A stretch of DNA of 64,000 nucleotides from a virus: the IMG/VR virus record IMGVR_UViG_3300045988_149975; one strand, written 5' to 3'. Every line of letters begins with the position of its first letter. Within the stretch, counting starts at the first letter, position 1. The notes beneath the pieces were generated by a model. The model did no database searches. It worked only from the letters and a program-made list of their open reading frames with translations, and was not told the origin of the DNA. Of the stretch, positions 15,826-25,614 are shown piece after piece. Position numbers and translations under genes: made by a program.

Positions 15826-16110
15826 TTATTCGCCGAATTTTATATCCCTATACTTAATAGGATTAGATTCTATTAAGTCTAAAAAACAATTAATAATAAT
15901 ATCATCTGTGATGTGCGCTTCATAAAATTCGCAAAAGTCAATATCATCTTTTAAATCATAATTATTAATAATAAATTCACTTGTCCTCCTGTAAACTTCT
16001 TCAATAATTTTATCATCATCGCCGCTTGTATAGGGCTGTTTTAAAAATACTATAATACAATCTTTTTTATTTTCGCCGTGGAATTTTTCGCCGTTGATAT
16101 ACAGAAACAT
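15826..16110 (-). CDS. hypothetical protein
   Basis: 94-aa ORF. Confidence 0.4.
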   Translation of the reverse strand: MFLYINGEKFHGENKKDCIIVFLKQPYTSGDDDKIIEEVYRRTSEFIINNYDLKDDIDFCEFYEAHITDDIIINCFLDLIESNPIKYRDIKFGE

Positions 16111-16496
16111 TATAATACCTCCTTTTTGTAGTCAGCATATTGTAATTGATAAAGTTTATCAATCAAAATATTTAAGTCTGTAGGCGTTCCTCTTGAGATT
16201 GCCTCCATTCCTTTGGTATCCCATTCATTGAAGTATTTTCTAATAGAATTATATTCTTTTTTAATTCCGAAGTTATAAAGAATAATTCCAATTTCATTTT
16301 CCGCTCCCTGCCAGTAGTCACTTATATTTTTTTCGCCTGCCGCTTTTCTCAAGTCAGCTATTAGTCTAACTCTTGCCGCTCTAAAATATTGCTTCAATAA
16401 TAATTCTTTATTATTTTTACTTAACATTTTTATATCCTCCTTTATATTCGGCAGGGCTTTTGCAGCCCTGCCTATTGTTTCACGTGAAACCGTCAA
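16110..16496 (-). CDS. hypothetical protein
   Basis: 128-aa ORF. Confidence 0.4.
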   Translation of the reverse strand: MTVSRETIGRAAKALPNIKEDIKMLSKNNKELLLKQYFRAARVRLIADLRKAAGEKNISDYWQGAENEIGIILYNFGIKKEYNSIRKYFNEWDTKGMEAISRGTPTDLNILIDKLYQLQYADYKKEVL

Positions 16497-17116
16497 ATAA
16501 ATTCTAATACACCTTTTGATGTTTCAGAAAAGTTATCATAACTTAAATCACGGGCAAAAGCTCCGTAGTCAAAATAGCGTTGGGCAATTTCGGGCAGGTC
16601 ATAACAATTTTCTATAATGTCATAGGCTCTATCCTCTAATGTTTCACCAGGGTAAAAGTAAAATTTATAACCTTCGCCGCCGTCAATCTCCTTGGCAATC
16701 TCTAAAAAGTCGCTTGAGTAAGCCTCCGCTAATGCTATTATTATATCTGTTTCACTTGCAAAGTTTACAAAAAGCTCATCCTCTATAATATTGCAGGCTT
16801 GGTTAAGTGATAAAACATCATCGTGTTCACTAATGCTAACTTCTCCATTTAATTCGTTGTAGTCAACATCAAATTCATAACTTGAAATAATGTATTCACT
16901 TTGGAAGCCCTTGCCGCCTAAAAATTCCTGCAAAGTGTTTTCTAACTCTTCGCTATCCATAGGCAGATTAAATTCCTTTTCAGTTTTGGCATTAAGATTT
17001 CTAATAAATACGTTCAACAATTTACACAACCCCTTTTTAACTATTGGCAATCTTCCAAGGCGTTGCCCTTTCCTCTTTACATTATAAATTATACAGCATT
17101 TATAAAATTCTGTCAA
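16493..17116 (-). CDS. hypothetical acidic protein
   Basis: 207-aa ORF. Confidence 0.4.
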   Translation of the reverse strand: MTEFYKCCIIYNVKRKGQRLGRLPIVKKGLCKLLNVFIRNLNAKTEKEFNLPMDSEELENTLQEFLGGKGFQSEYIISSYEFDVDYNELNGEVSISEHDDVLSLNQACNIIEDELFVNFASETDIIIALAEAYSSDFLEIAKEIDGGEGYKFYFYPGETLEDRAYDIIENCYDLPEIAQRYFDYGAFARDLSYDNFSETSKGVLEFI

Positions 17117-17130
17117 GCGAATTTTTAAAA

Positions 17131-17484
17131 TTAGTCTGTGATTGTTGCTTCTTTAACTAAACCATCAAAAATGCTGTTACTCTGTACAGTATTTATATTT
17201 TTTATCAAAACATTCAAAAGGATGTTTGCTATTCGCAAGGCTTCAACATCTCTTTTTTGTGTTTTTCTACCGTATTCGCTGATAAAATAGTGTTGTGTTT
17301 CCCAAGTGTTTACGCAAGTTCCTTTTTCTCCTACGGGTATACAGTATTCTACACTAATGCAATATTTTCTATAGAAATAGCTGTAAAAAACTGTAAACTG
17401 TAAAATGTTTGTTACTTCTCCCTCTGATGGAGTTAAAATAGCTTTAGGAAGTAATATTTTTTTCTGTAATAATGTTCTATCCAT
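17131..17484 (-). CDS. hypothetical protein
   Basis: 117-aa ORF. Confidence 0.35.
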   Translation of the reverse strand: MDRTLLQKKILLPKAILTPSEGEVTNILQFTVFYSYFYRKYCISVEYCIPVGEKGTCVNTWETQHYFISEYGRKTQKRDVEALRIANILLNVLIKNINTVQSNSIFDGLVKEATITD

Positions 17485-17695
17485 TTTATGCCTCCAAAAA
17501 CCATACTATTTTGTTATCTTTATAAATATCTAATGCAAACTTTGCATTATTTACAGCTTTTAACTTTTTAAAAAGTTATTTTAGTTTTACATTTTTTGCA
17601 AAATAAAACTTTATCATTTTTGCCATCAGATGTTAGGCTCCATAACATTATTTCATACATTATACTTCCCTTCCTTCCTGTTTCTTTATGCTCTT

Positions 17696-17724
17696 ATTAT
17701 AAGCCTTTTTTGAAGGCTTGTCAA
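17696..17724 (-). promoter_or_regulatory. sigma-A type promoter with palindromic spacer
   Basis: Minus strand TTGACAagccttcaaaaaaggctTATAAT. Confidence 0.5.
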
Positions 17725-18159
17725 GCATTTTTTTTGTAGCTTTTTTATATTCGGTTTTTGTTACCGTTCCTTGCTACATTTATATTATACCGCAGGTATA
17801 GTATATTGTAAACTTTAAAAACGGTTATTTTTTACCTTTTTACGGCTTTTATTCTCTTTTATTTTAAAATATCTTAATATATCTTACTTTTTCTCCTTTT
17901 TTCTTACTTTTTCGCCTACATCCTTTACAATGAATAAAATTATAATATATAAATATACCTTTAATATCGCCATATTTTAGTTTTGACGGCTTTTCTATAA
18001 AATAGGTATAATTATAAGCGTATGCCCTAAAAAACGGCTTACAGCTAAAATATGAAGGCGTATTTTTTGGCAAAAGTCAAAAAGTCAATAAAAAGGGTGA
18101 TGTAAAATGTATAAAATTATAATTATACCATAAAAACAGAAGTTTGTAAAGAGGGTAAA

Positions 18160-18210
18160 ATAAAAAAAAATAAAGGCAGGCTTTTTGATTGCCTGCCTTT
18201 TATCTTTATC
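18160..18210. terminator. bidirectional rho-independent terminator
   Basis: AGGCAGGC-tttttgatt-GCCTGCCT flanked by A9 upstream and TTTTATCTTT downstream. Confidence 0.6.
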
Positions 18211-18616
18211 AAGCCCTCCCTTTATGTAGCCATAAATTATAGATGTAGGAGTATTTTTTACCTAATATGTTAGCAAGTAATATAAATAAACGTTCTCTTA
18301 CAATGCTATCACATGCCCCGCTATAACTGTAAAATTCTACACCATTTTCAAGCGCTTGTAATAATTCGCCAAAAGTGATGGCTTTTAATTCCTGCCCGCC
18401 CTCTTTATCATCAAAGCAATCAATATAAAAGGCTTTAATTTGTTGTTGTAGCATAGTGTTTTTATAGGTATTTTTTAGCGTTTTAAGTAATTCTTTTTCA
18501 AAGTCTTTTTTAGCTTTTTTATAGACTACCTCCGCCGCCTCTCTCTCTACGCCGCAGGGGTAGGCATTTATTAATTCCGCCGCCGCTATCTGTTTTTTGA
18601 ATTTTTCACTTAACAT
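18209..18616 (-). CDS. hypothetical protein
   Basis: 135-aa ORF with RBS GGAGG. Confidence 0.4.
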   Translation of the reverse strand: MLSEKFKKQIAAAELINAYPCGVEREAAEVVYKKAKKDFEKELLKTLKNTYKNTMLQQQIKAFYIDCFDDKEGGQELKAITFGELLQALENGVEFYSYSGACDSIVRERLFILLANILGKKYSYIYNLWLHKGRA

Positions 18617-18713
18617 AAGTAATTGCGCCTCCTTTTAATATTGTAATTGTATTGTAACACAAGGGCAGGAAAAAAGCAAGCATTATTTTTTGTAAAAATT
18701 CGGCGCAAAAGTA

Positions 18714-18742
18714 TTGACAGTTATATAACAGTATAGTATACT
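18714..18742 (+). promoter_or_regulatory. sigma-A type promoter
   Basis: TTGACAgttatataacagtatagTATACT, then RBS GGAGGG and ATG 18775. Confidence 0.55.
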
Positions 18743-18774
18743 ATAATTACAATATTAAAGGAGGGCTTTTTATT

Positions 18775-18993
18775 ATGAGAAAAAATTATTTTTTAGAAGT
18801 ATCTTTAGAGGATAAAGAAGGGAAAATATTATGGAAAAATAGCAGGAAAAATGGAACGCTTGCGTGGGAGAAAATCTATTTACAGAGAGCGGAAAAAAAA
18901 CGTATAGAGAATAAAAAGGGAGTCTACCGCTATTCACTGTTAATAATTAAAATGTATATTGACGGTGTATGCTGTTATTCAAGTATTGACTAA
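18775..18993 (+). CDS. hypothetical small basic protein
   Basis: 72-aa ORF with strong RBS. Confidence 0.4.
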   Translation: MRKNYFLEVSLEDKEGKILWKNSRKNGTLAWEKIYLQRAEKKRIENKKGVYRYSLLIIKMYIDGVCCYSSID

Positions 18994-19040
18994 AGTATGG
19001 CAGGCTATAAAAGCCTGCTTTATTTTTTTATTTTTTGGTA

Positions 19041-19070
19041 TTGACAAGTTATATTATTATATGTTATAAT
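19041..19070 (+). promoter_or_regulatory. sigma-A type promoter firing into the ORF-free repeat region
   Basis: TTGACAagttatattattatatgtTATAAT with N18 spacer. Confidence 0.5.
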
Positions 19071-19136
19071 AAAAGATTGCACATCAATCATAAAGTTTAT
19101 TATTGCTAACTTATTATTTTAGTTAGCATAAGCTAA

Positions 19137-19470
19137 CCTGGGGTGTGCCTATTTTTGCGCTGCATAATTTTATATTAATAATAAATATCTAATGTGTGCC
19201 TGTTTTATTTAGGAATAATTACTAATAGTATTTTAATTAATTGATGTGTGCCTGTATAAATAGGAATAGTTACTAATAACAAAAATTATTATGTAAGGTG
19301 TGCCTATTAAATAGGAATTATTCTCAATAAGAAATAAATTTTAATCTTAAATAGTAATTAATACTATTAATTTTTTATACTAATGAGAATTATTCCTATT
19401 TAAAGGCGATGTGTGCCTAATATAAATTCTTAAATGATAATTTTAAAAATTTTAAGGCGAATTTTTCATT
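19137..19470. repeat. iteron-like tandem array: GTGTGCCT-N6-8-TAGGAATARTTACTAATA units at about 53-bp period
   Basis: GTGTGCCT at 19141, 19194, 19247, 19299 and 19411. TAGGAATA(A/G)TTACTAATA follows in units 2-4, with an inverted copy TAATGAGAATTATTCCTA at about 19381. Confidence 0.7.
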
Positions 19471-19740
19471 TTTAAAGGAATGATGAAAATTTCGGCGGAG
19501 AATTTTAAGCACGTTTTTATTAAAGGGGGCTATATAATATTTAAAGCAGCCTTATAATAAATAGTTCTATACTTTAATTCTACAATTTCTGCCGCCGCCT
19601 TTTCCACTCTTTAAAAGTGATATAATAAAACAACTGTGGAAATTAAGGCAGCGGTGAAAATTAAGATAGCGATGTAAAATGTGTAAAAATCGGCGGCAGC
19701 GTAGTTATACCTTTTCTATATAAAAGAGTGGGTATAACAG

Positions 19741-20065
19741 TATATAAGATGAGGGGTAGTAGAGAGTATATAAGAGAGTGGTGAAAAATGGGGGGGTAAG
19801 TATATAAGAGAATAGTATATAAGAGAAAATAGGTATAAAACGGCGGGGCAAGATTAGTAATACTATTAGAAGAGAATAAGAGAGAGAGTATATAAGAAGG
19901 TATATAATAGGTATATAAGAGAGGGTATATATAAGAGTATATAAGAGTGGTGTAAAATATACGGGGCAGTATATAAGAGAGTGTATATAAAAGAGTGTAT
20001 AAAAGGCGGCAGAAGTATATGAGTATATAAGAGAGTATAAAGCCTTGGACAAGAGAGTATATAAA
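19741..20065. repeat. array of about 15 TATATAAGAG(A/T) direct repeats interspersed with GGCGGCAG GC-islands
   Basis: Repeated (G)TATATAAGAG. GC motifs CGGCGGCAG, CGGCGGGGCAAG, CGGGGCAG and GGCGGCAG. ORF-track ORFs 19661..20077 and 19705..20052 are low-complexity artefacts. Confidence 0.75.
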
Positions 20066-20214
20066 ATGAAAATCCATTATATAAACAAGTGTTCTATATT
20101 GTTTGCTTTACCCATACTCTCATGTGTGCCATCAAATCACATTAAATGCGCACTCAACGTGTACCGCTAAATCACATTAGATTTATTTCGCAAAAAATTT
20201 CTCTTTTAAAGGGC

Positions 20215-20300
20215 GTTTTGAGATAACCATAACTTTTTATATACAAGTTTGATAACCATAACTTTTTATATAAAAGTTTGATAACCAAGAAAAATTATAT
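20215..20300. repeat. three direct repeats TTTGATAACCA(T/A)AACTTTTTATATA(C/A)AAG
   Basis: Tandem 33-bp units. AAATCACATTA occurs twice at 20120-20185. CTGCGGCCGCC, CTGCGCCCGCCGC and CTGCCGC, each followed by ATTTTT, lie at 20440-20630. Confidence 0.65.
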
Positions 20301-20639
20301 ACAAGTTGTTACCCATAGTAATTATCTAAAGTAGTTACCTCTGTAAACTATTTTACTAATCTTGCAACTGAAATTAGCACAAGAATATTCTCCTATATAC
20401 TCTCTTATTTTCCTTCTTATATATTATTACTATTATAATACATACACCTTCTGCGGCCGCCATTTTTACCATCCTATTCCTGCGCCCGCCGCATTTTTCA
20501 CAGTATCTTTTTGATACTTACTATATATTATAAAGTAACTATCTTTATGTTATATACTATATCATTTTTATATTATTACCTTTTATATATTTATATACTT
20601 TTTAATAATTTCCCCTTTTTCTGCCGCATTTTTTTTCCA

Positions 20640-20672
20640 AAATAAAGGGGCTTTTTCAGCCCCTCATTTTAC
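20640..20672. terminator. bidirectional terminator hairpin
   Basis: GGGGCT-ttttc-AGCCCC flanked by A/T runs. Confidence 0.55.
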
Positions 20673-20914
20673 GCATTTTGTAATGCTTTATAAATTTCCT
20701 TGCTTACCTCATTACCTACTTCGGGCATTTCTTTAATCACCATCAAAGATAAAAAGGTTAAAAGACTTTGTTTTGTTTTTTGCCATTCCTCTACTGTTAA
20801 ATTCGGATTATGTTCTAACTCCCTTTCCATTATTTTTTCAACAAGTTCTTGTCCACGCTCCGTGTTAAGCCCATCTTTTACCGCACTTACAATGTTTTCT
20901 AATTTCAATTTCAT
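20669..20914 (-). CDS. hypothetical protein
   Basis: 81-aa ORF with promoter 20935-20963 upstream. Confidence 0.4.
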   Translation of the reverse strand: MKLKLENIVSAVKDGLNTERGQELVEKIMERELEHNPNLTVEEWQKTKQSLLTFLSLMVIKEMPEVGNEVSKEIYKALQNA

Positions 20915-21326
20915 TACCTCCCTTTCACATCTCTATTATACTATATATACATTAATGTGTCAACCCCTTAAAAAGAAAAAGCAGGGGAATTTCCCTGCTA
21001 TAAGAAAATTATACAAAACATTGAAATGAGAATTACTGATAATATAAACATATCGTTGTCTACATGATAAATCGTACAATAAAGAATTGCAATCATCCAT
21101 AAAGCTATAACCATTTTGTATATAAATATATTTGTAATTGTAAAAGTTATTATTTCAAACATTTATTTTACCTCTATATTATCATCAATAAGAATTATTG
21201 AACCAATAGTTACTAAAGCTGAAATAATTATTACAAGCCCTAACATTATATCCTTTTGTGCATACATTAAATAAGCAGCAAAAAGAAATATCCAATTTAT
21301 TATACTTATTGCTTTTAGTGTATTCA

Positions 21327-21758
21327 TTAATTTTTAACCTCACTCCATTTACCACCTACAAGAATAAACTCTTTATAGTAATCAGGATTATACCAGTTGG
21401 GCATATAATGTTTTTTCTTAAAGAATTTTCTAATTGTATCTTTTATTAAATCTTCTAATTCTAAAGTATCTTCAACTGTTAAATCACTTAAATAACTATC
21501 CGCTGCTTCCCCCGCTTCATCATAAGCACTTTCTTGCATATCCTCAATAATATTATCTACATTAAAGTATGGAATATCAGCAAATTCACCTTTCATTATA
21601 TATACAGTATCTCCATCTTTAGGTTTAAGAACATCTTTAGCTTCCTCTAATGCATCTCTTAATTTAGTAAAAGGTGAACTCCAATAATAATCAGTCAATC
21701 TTTCTGCCCATACATAATATTTCATTATCTTTTCCCCCAATCTAATTTTTGCCCGCAA
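21327..21758 (-). CDS. hypothetical protein
   Basis: 143-aa ORF. Confidence 0.4.
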   Translation of the reverse strand: MRAKIRLGEKIMKYYVWAERLTDYYWSSPFTKLRDALEEAKDVLKPKDGDTVYIMKGEFADIPYFNVDNIIEDMQESAYDEAGEAADSYLSDLTVEDTLELEDLIKDTIRKFFKKKHYMPNWYNPDYYKEFILVGGKWSEVKN

Positions 21759-21916
21759 TTTTCACAATAGTTAGGTAATCCAAGAAAATCATCAACAATC
21801 ATTTTATTACAAAATGGGCAATGATAAATGTTGTTATATTCTTCATTCTTTTCAGGCTTTTTAGCAATAGCCTTTTCTAACGCTGTAACTCTTTCAGTTG
21901 GTGAAAGTTTTTTCAT
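21725..21916 (-). CDS. Zn-ribbon protein
   Basis: CPFCNK...CENCGQK. Confidence 0.35.
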   Translation of the reverse strand: MKKLSPTERVTALEKAIAKKPEKNEEYNNIYHCPFCNKMIVDDFLGLPNYCENCGQKLDWGKR

Positions 21917-21919
21917 CTT

Positions 21920-22339
21920 TTATTCCTCCATTTCAATTAACCCTTCTACATATTGCATAGCTTCGTCAAGTGTTAAATATCTCTTGATAATATCATAACC
22001 CGTACTTTGAACATTGTCAACATTTTCATCCTCATAATTCCTTGCGCCTACAAAATAAAGCTGTTTATGGTTTTCGTATTCCCCAGGGTCAATATGAACT
22101 ATGTATTCACCAAGAGTATAAACATCTCTATCAATCTTTTGCCAAGGGTAAAGAATTGATTTATCAACAGTTCTAAAATCTGTAATAGGTAAAGGAATAT
22201 TTTCCATCCTTGCGCCGCAAATGGGGCAGAAAGGTGTCATATAAATTAATTTTGGTGGAACAAAATGGCAATTACTACATTCACAAGTCCTATTAGTATT
22301 TTGTTCAAGTTTTTTATGGGCTTTCCAATATGCTCTCAT
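21920..22339 (-). CDS. hypothetical Cys-rich protein
   Basis: CECSNCH...CPICGARM. Confidence 0.4.
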   Translation of the reverse strand: MRAYWKAHKKLEQNTNRTCECSNCHFVPPKLIYMTPFCPICGARMENIPLPITDFRTVDKSILYPWQKIDRDVYTLGEYIVHIDPGEYENHKQLYFVGARNYEDENVDNVQSTGYDIIKRYLTLDEAMQYVEGLIEMEE

Positions 22340-22614
22340 TCTACATACCTCTCAAAATAAATAAGATTTACTTGTAATTCTACTCCGTCTACTGCGGCTT
22401 TCATTGGAATACAATTCTTTACCTTAACATACAGTAGTGGAGTGTAAGCGGGGTCATAAAAGCCTAAAATCTCTTTAGGTGCAATCATTGTGTCACTTAC
22501 AAAGAAGTTGTCACCTTTATCAATAATACGTTTCTGTTCAAACTCATTTAAAACAATATCCATTTTAAAACCACTCCTTATAAAAGTTAGTTTTTTCAAA
22601 AACTTCTTCCCCAT
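22336..22614 (-). CDS. hypothetical protein
   Basis: 92-aa coupled ORF. Confidence 0.35.
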   Translation of the reverse strand: MGKKFLKKLTFIRSGFKMDIVLNEFEQKRIIDKGDNFFVSDTMIAPKEILGFYDPAYTPLLYVKVKNCIPMKAAVDGVELQVNLIYFERYVE

Positions 22615-22858
22615 TATAGCCTGCTCTATTTAAAATTTTAACAAAATAATATCTATAAAGCCATTTTATGGCATCAGGTTCTATAAGTTTTGCAATAACT
22701 AAAGCACTTAATGCCCCATAAAGTCTATCTAAAAGTATTAAGTAATTTTCTCCTTCTTTTAGTCTATTTAATTCATTCTCCATAAACTGTTTTAAAACAG
22801 TTACACCATCAATCATAAAGTTCTTTTGCCTCCCTTTCAATTTTACGCAATAAATCAA
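22565..22858 (-). CDS. hypothetical protein
   Basis: 97-aa ORF. Confidence 0.35.
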   Translation of the reverse strand: MIYCVKLKGRQKNFMIDGVTVLKQFMENELNRLKEGENYLILLDRLYGALSALVIAKLIEPDAIKWLYRYYFVKILNRAGYNGEEVFEKTNFYKEWF

Positions 22859-23036
22859 TGTCTACTTGCATAAGTGGGGCTACATTATAGTACGCTTCTA
22901 CTTTACCCAATGCAATATGATATTCTGCTATTCTTATATCAAAATCAAAATCCTCAAAAGTCATATTACTGGTAAGTTTGTCCAACCTATACATTTCCTC
23001 AACTGCATTTTTAAATAATCTGATGAACTGTTCCAT
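22809..23036 (-). CDS. hypothetical protein
   Basis: 75-aa ORF downstream of promoter 23063-23091. Confidence 0.35.
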   Translation of the reverse strand: MEQFIRLFKNAVEEMYRLDKLTSNMTFEDFDFDIRIAEYHIALGKVEAYYNVAPLMQVDIDLLRKIEREAKELYD

Positions 23037-23087
23037 ATTGATTACCTCCTTTTGTTGTACTCATTATAGCATTTATAGTAATCTTTG

Positions 23088-23131
23088 TCAACCCTTATTT
23101 TAAAAATAAATAAAAAAATAGGACTACCACT
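23088..23131 (-). terminator. rho-independent terminator
   Basis: Minus RNA GGGCUAUC-AAGU-GGUAGUCC followed by UAUUUUUUUAUUUAUUUUU. Confidence 0.55.
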
Positions 23132-23237
23132 TGATAGCCCCATATTTCCGTTTTAAGAGATTTAATTTAACAGGGGTATATAACTATACCCTTTTATAAA
23201 TAAAAACGCTCTAAACTAATCCTCATGCGTGTCAGCC

Positions 23238-23471
23238 CTATTTCCAATTCCATACATCCTCAAAAACTTCAATAGATTGAGTGAAAAGGTATTTTAAGTC
23301 ACCACTTTTAATAAGATTTTCATAGAGTAATCCAAAAATGCCATAAATCATAACAGGAATACCTACAATAATGAAAGCTATAACCCTTAAAGGGCGAAAA
23401 CGGAGGAAATCCATTAATTTAACTAACCAATCTGCATAAGTATTTTTCCTATAATTCATCTTATCCCTCAC
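23238..23471 (-). CDS. small membrane protein
   Basis: Hydrophobic segment VIAFIIVGIPVMIYGIFGLL. Confidence 0.4.
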   Translation of the reverse strand: MRDKMNYRKNTYADWLVKLMDFLRFRPLRVIAFIIVGIPVMIYGIFGLLYENLIKSGDLKYLFTQSIEVFEDVWNWK

Positions 23472-23976
23472 TTATAATATAGTTTATATTATCATACTTT
23501 TCAACTTTATAACCAAAATGGGCAAAGAAATTAGCAACAGTATCATTAAAAGTAAACACTTCAAAATTCATAGGTGTATGATAATTTAAAATATCCTGCA
23601 TTAAATTCTGAATACATCTAAACTCACTTACTGTAAGGTTATATTTATGTAAACCTGATTTATACTTTTTACCATCTTTAGTCCAATAACCATATTGACA
23701 TTCATCGCAGGCAGTGCAAAGTTTATCCCACTTCTTCAAGTCTTTGCGGCTTGCTATTTTAAAGAGTTTATTAATATCATTCTTATCAATACTATACTTA
23801 TCTCCATATTCATCTCTCACTTGAAACATACTGTAACGAATACTGTCACCAGGTCTTGTTCCACAGATGTGGGAATAGGCTCTTGCAGTATAAAGTTTAC
23901 CTTTTTTAAAATTACCGTATTTACTTGTAATACATTCAAATATCTCAAAATTATGCTGACTGCAAAACATCTTCAA
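23461..23976 (-). CDS. hypothetical Cys-rich protein
   Basis: 171-aa ORF containing CTACDEC. Confidence 0.4.
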   Translation of the reverse strand: MKMFCSQHNFEIFECITSKYGNFKKGKLYTARAYSHICGTRPGDSIRYSMFQVRDEYGDKYSIDKNDINKLFKIASRKDLKKWDKLCTACDECQYGYWTKDGKKYKSGLHKYNLTVSEFRCIQNLMQDILNYHTPMNFEVFTFNDTVANFFAHFGYKVEKYDNINYIISEG

Positions 23977-24235
23977 ATTTCCCTTCTGTAATATAAAATA
24001 ACCATTCTCCTGCTTTATAAAGGTTTACAATGCCTTTTAAAATAAAAGGTTTAGTACCATCATTACACATAATATATGTAAAGCCCTCTAAAGTAGCTTT
24101 ATGTTCTATAATACCTTTTTTAACTGCTACATCTACCCATAAATCTTTTTTAAAGAAAACAGCAAACTTTTCCTCACTATGGTACATATCAGCATTGAGG
24201 GCAAGTTTAGTACATAAATCCATTAATCTGACCAC
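23951..24235 (-). CDS. hypothetical protein
   Basis: 94-aa ORF. Confidence 0.35.
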   Translation of the reverse strand: MVRLMDLCTKLALNADMYHSEEKFAVFFKKDLWVDVAVKKGIIEHKATLEGFTYIMCNDGTKPFILKGIVNLYKAGEWLFYITEGKFEDVLQSA

Positions 24236-24579
24236 CTTTCAAAGAAAATGTAGCCATCACGATAGTAAATACCAAAACGCCCACTAAAAGTAGCAAGATA
24301 ACCTTCATTGCCTGTACTACAATCATCATCATAAATATTGAAAGTACCTTTAAGGCAAGTGAAGTAACGGAGTTCATTCTCACCAAAATTATTATATTCT
24401 AATTCCTTTTTAGGGATATAACCATCAAAAAAGGCTACTCTTGTATCACCATCTCCATAGCCATTAGGAATGTTGATACTAAATTCTGCATTGCCAACTC
24501 TTAATCCTCCGATGTCACTACTTGTTACAAAGCGTTTATTTGATTTTCTCCAAAGTTTGTTTAATGTCATGTTCTGCAT
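24223..24579 (-). CDS. hypothetical protein
   Basis: 118-aa ORF. Confidence 0.35.
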   Translation of the reverse strand: MQNMTLNKLWRKSNKRFVTSSDIGGLRVGNAEFSINIPNGYGDGDTRVAFFDGYIPKKELEYNNFGENELRYFTCLKGTFNIYDDDCSTGNEGYLATFSGRFGIYYRDGYIFFERWSD

Positions 24580-24704
24580 CTTTTCTCAACCTTTCTATAT
24601 ACCATTTTTCAGGCTCATATTGTGTAGGAGGAGCAGCCATTAAAGACTGCTCACAAATTACACAATAACTGCTATTCCTATGTTTACAGTAAGAACAATA
24701 CACT

Positions 24705-25127
24705 TTAATTCTCCGCAGATGTTACAAACTTATCTTTCAAAGTTCTCAAGGCATATACACATTCACTCTCTGTTTCAAAAGCCATTCCTGCTGCTTTATA
24801 GGCAAAATCGGAAGGAGTATTGCACCATACTTCCTGCATTACTTTTGTCCAGTCATTAGCTTTAGGATGGTAGTACATTTTACCATAAGTAGGCTCAAAA
24901 GTAGGTCTTACGATAGTAAATCTACCTACACAAAGGTCAGCCAAATCTAAATCAATTTCACAAGCATCTCCCCAAGCACCTGCACCATCATTGAAATCAG
25001 CATCCCAATAGTAGAAACCATCTTTAGTGATTTTAAATTTGTCGCCTTCAAATTCCTCAAGTTGGAACTCCTGCTCAAGTTCAAGTCCTAAAAGTTCTAC
25101 TACTTCACTAATTACATTTGTTTCCAA
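24705..25127 (-). CDS. hypothetical protein, paralogue of 32411..32791
   Basis: Shared LG.ELE.EF...SDFA.K.AGMAF.T..EC..AL pattern. Confidence 0.45.
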   Translation of the reverse strand: METNVISEVVELLGLELEQEFQLEEFEGDKFKITKDGFYYWDADFNDGAGAWGDACEIDLDLADLCVGRFTIVRPTFEPTYGKMYYHPKANDWTKVMQEVWCNTPSDFAYKAAGMAFETESECVYALRTLKDKFVTSAEN

Positions 25128-25292
25128 TTAAATCTCCTCCTTAAAATACATTAAATAAATCAAATGTTATAATAATTAATAAAATTAAATTGAATATACA
25201 TATTCTTTCTAAACTTTTATCATTTTTTAGATACATTTATTTATCCTCCTGTTAAGAATATGTTATCATGTATTTCCAATTTTGTCAAGTAT

Positions 25293-25565
25293 TTATTTAT
25301 TAAATACTTCTAATATCTCATTTACTTTGCTTAAAATGTTTGTTTTAGGGTCAAGTTTACTTACCATTTTACAAATTTTCAAATCCCTGGCGTTTAAGTC
25401 TACACCATGTTTTATATTAAAATCAAGGTTACTGATATGTTTAATAAGATTATAAAGATTTATCATTTTAGGTTCTTTATCTGTATGTCCTTGCCTTCTT
25501 AAATTAAAATAGACAGTACAGAGGTTAGCAAAACCATGTCCAAATTGTTTAAGTTCAAATAACAT
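25293..25565 (-). CDS. hypothetical protein
   Basis: 90-aa ORF downstream of promoter 25590-25618. Confidence 0.4.
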   Translation of the reverse strand: MLFELKQFGHGFANLCTVYFNLRRQGHTDKEPKMINLYNLIKHISNLDFNIKHGVDLNARDLKICKMVSKLDPKTNILSKVNEILEVFNK

Positions 25566-25614
25566 TTAAAATCGCCCCTTTCAAGTATTATTATACCAAA
25601 GGGGCGATAACTTG

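Noticed and set aside
19137-19470. Possible phage-borne CRISPR array, with a promoter or leader at 19041-19070 feeding regularly spaced repeats
   Set aside because: The period is only about 53 bp and the conserved part is bipartite (8 + 18 nt). The intervening unique segments are 6-20 nt, far shorter than CRISPR spacers. One unit is inverted. There are no cas genes.
19661-20077. ORF-track ORFs of 138 and 115 aa in the repeat region
   Set aside because: The translations are YT/LI low-complexity products of the TATATAAGAG repeat. They have no RBS, and the region is covered on both strands by repeat-derived ORFs.
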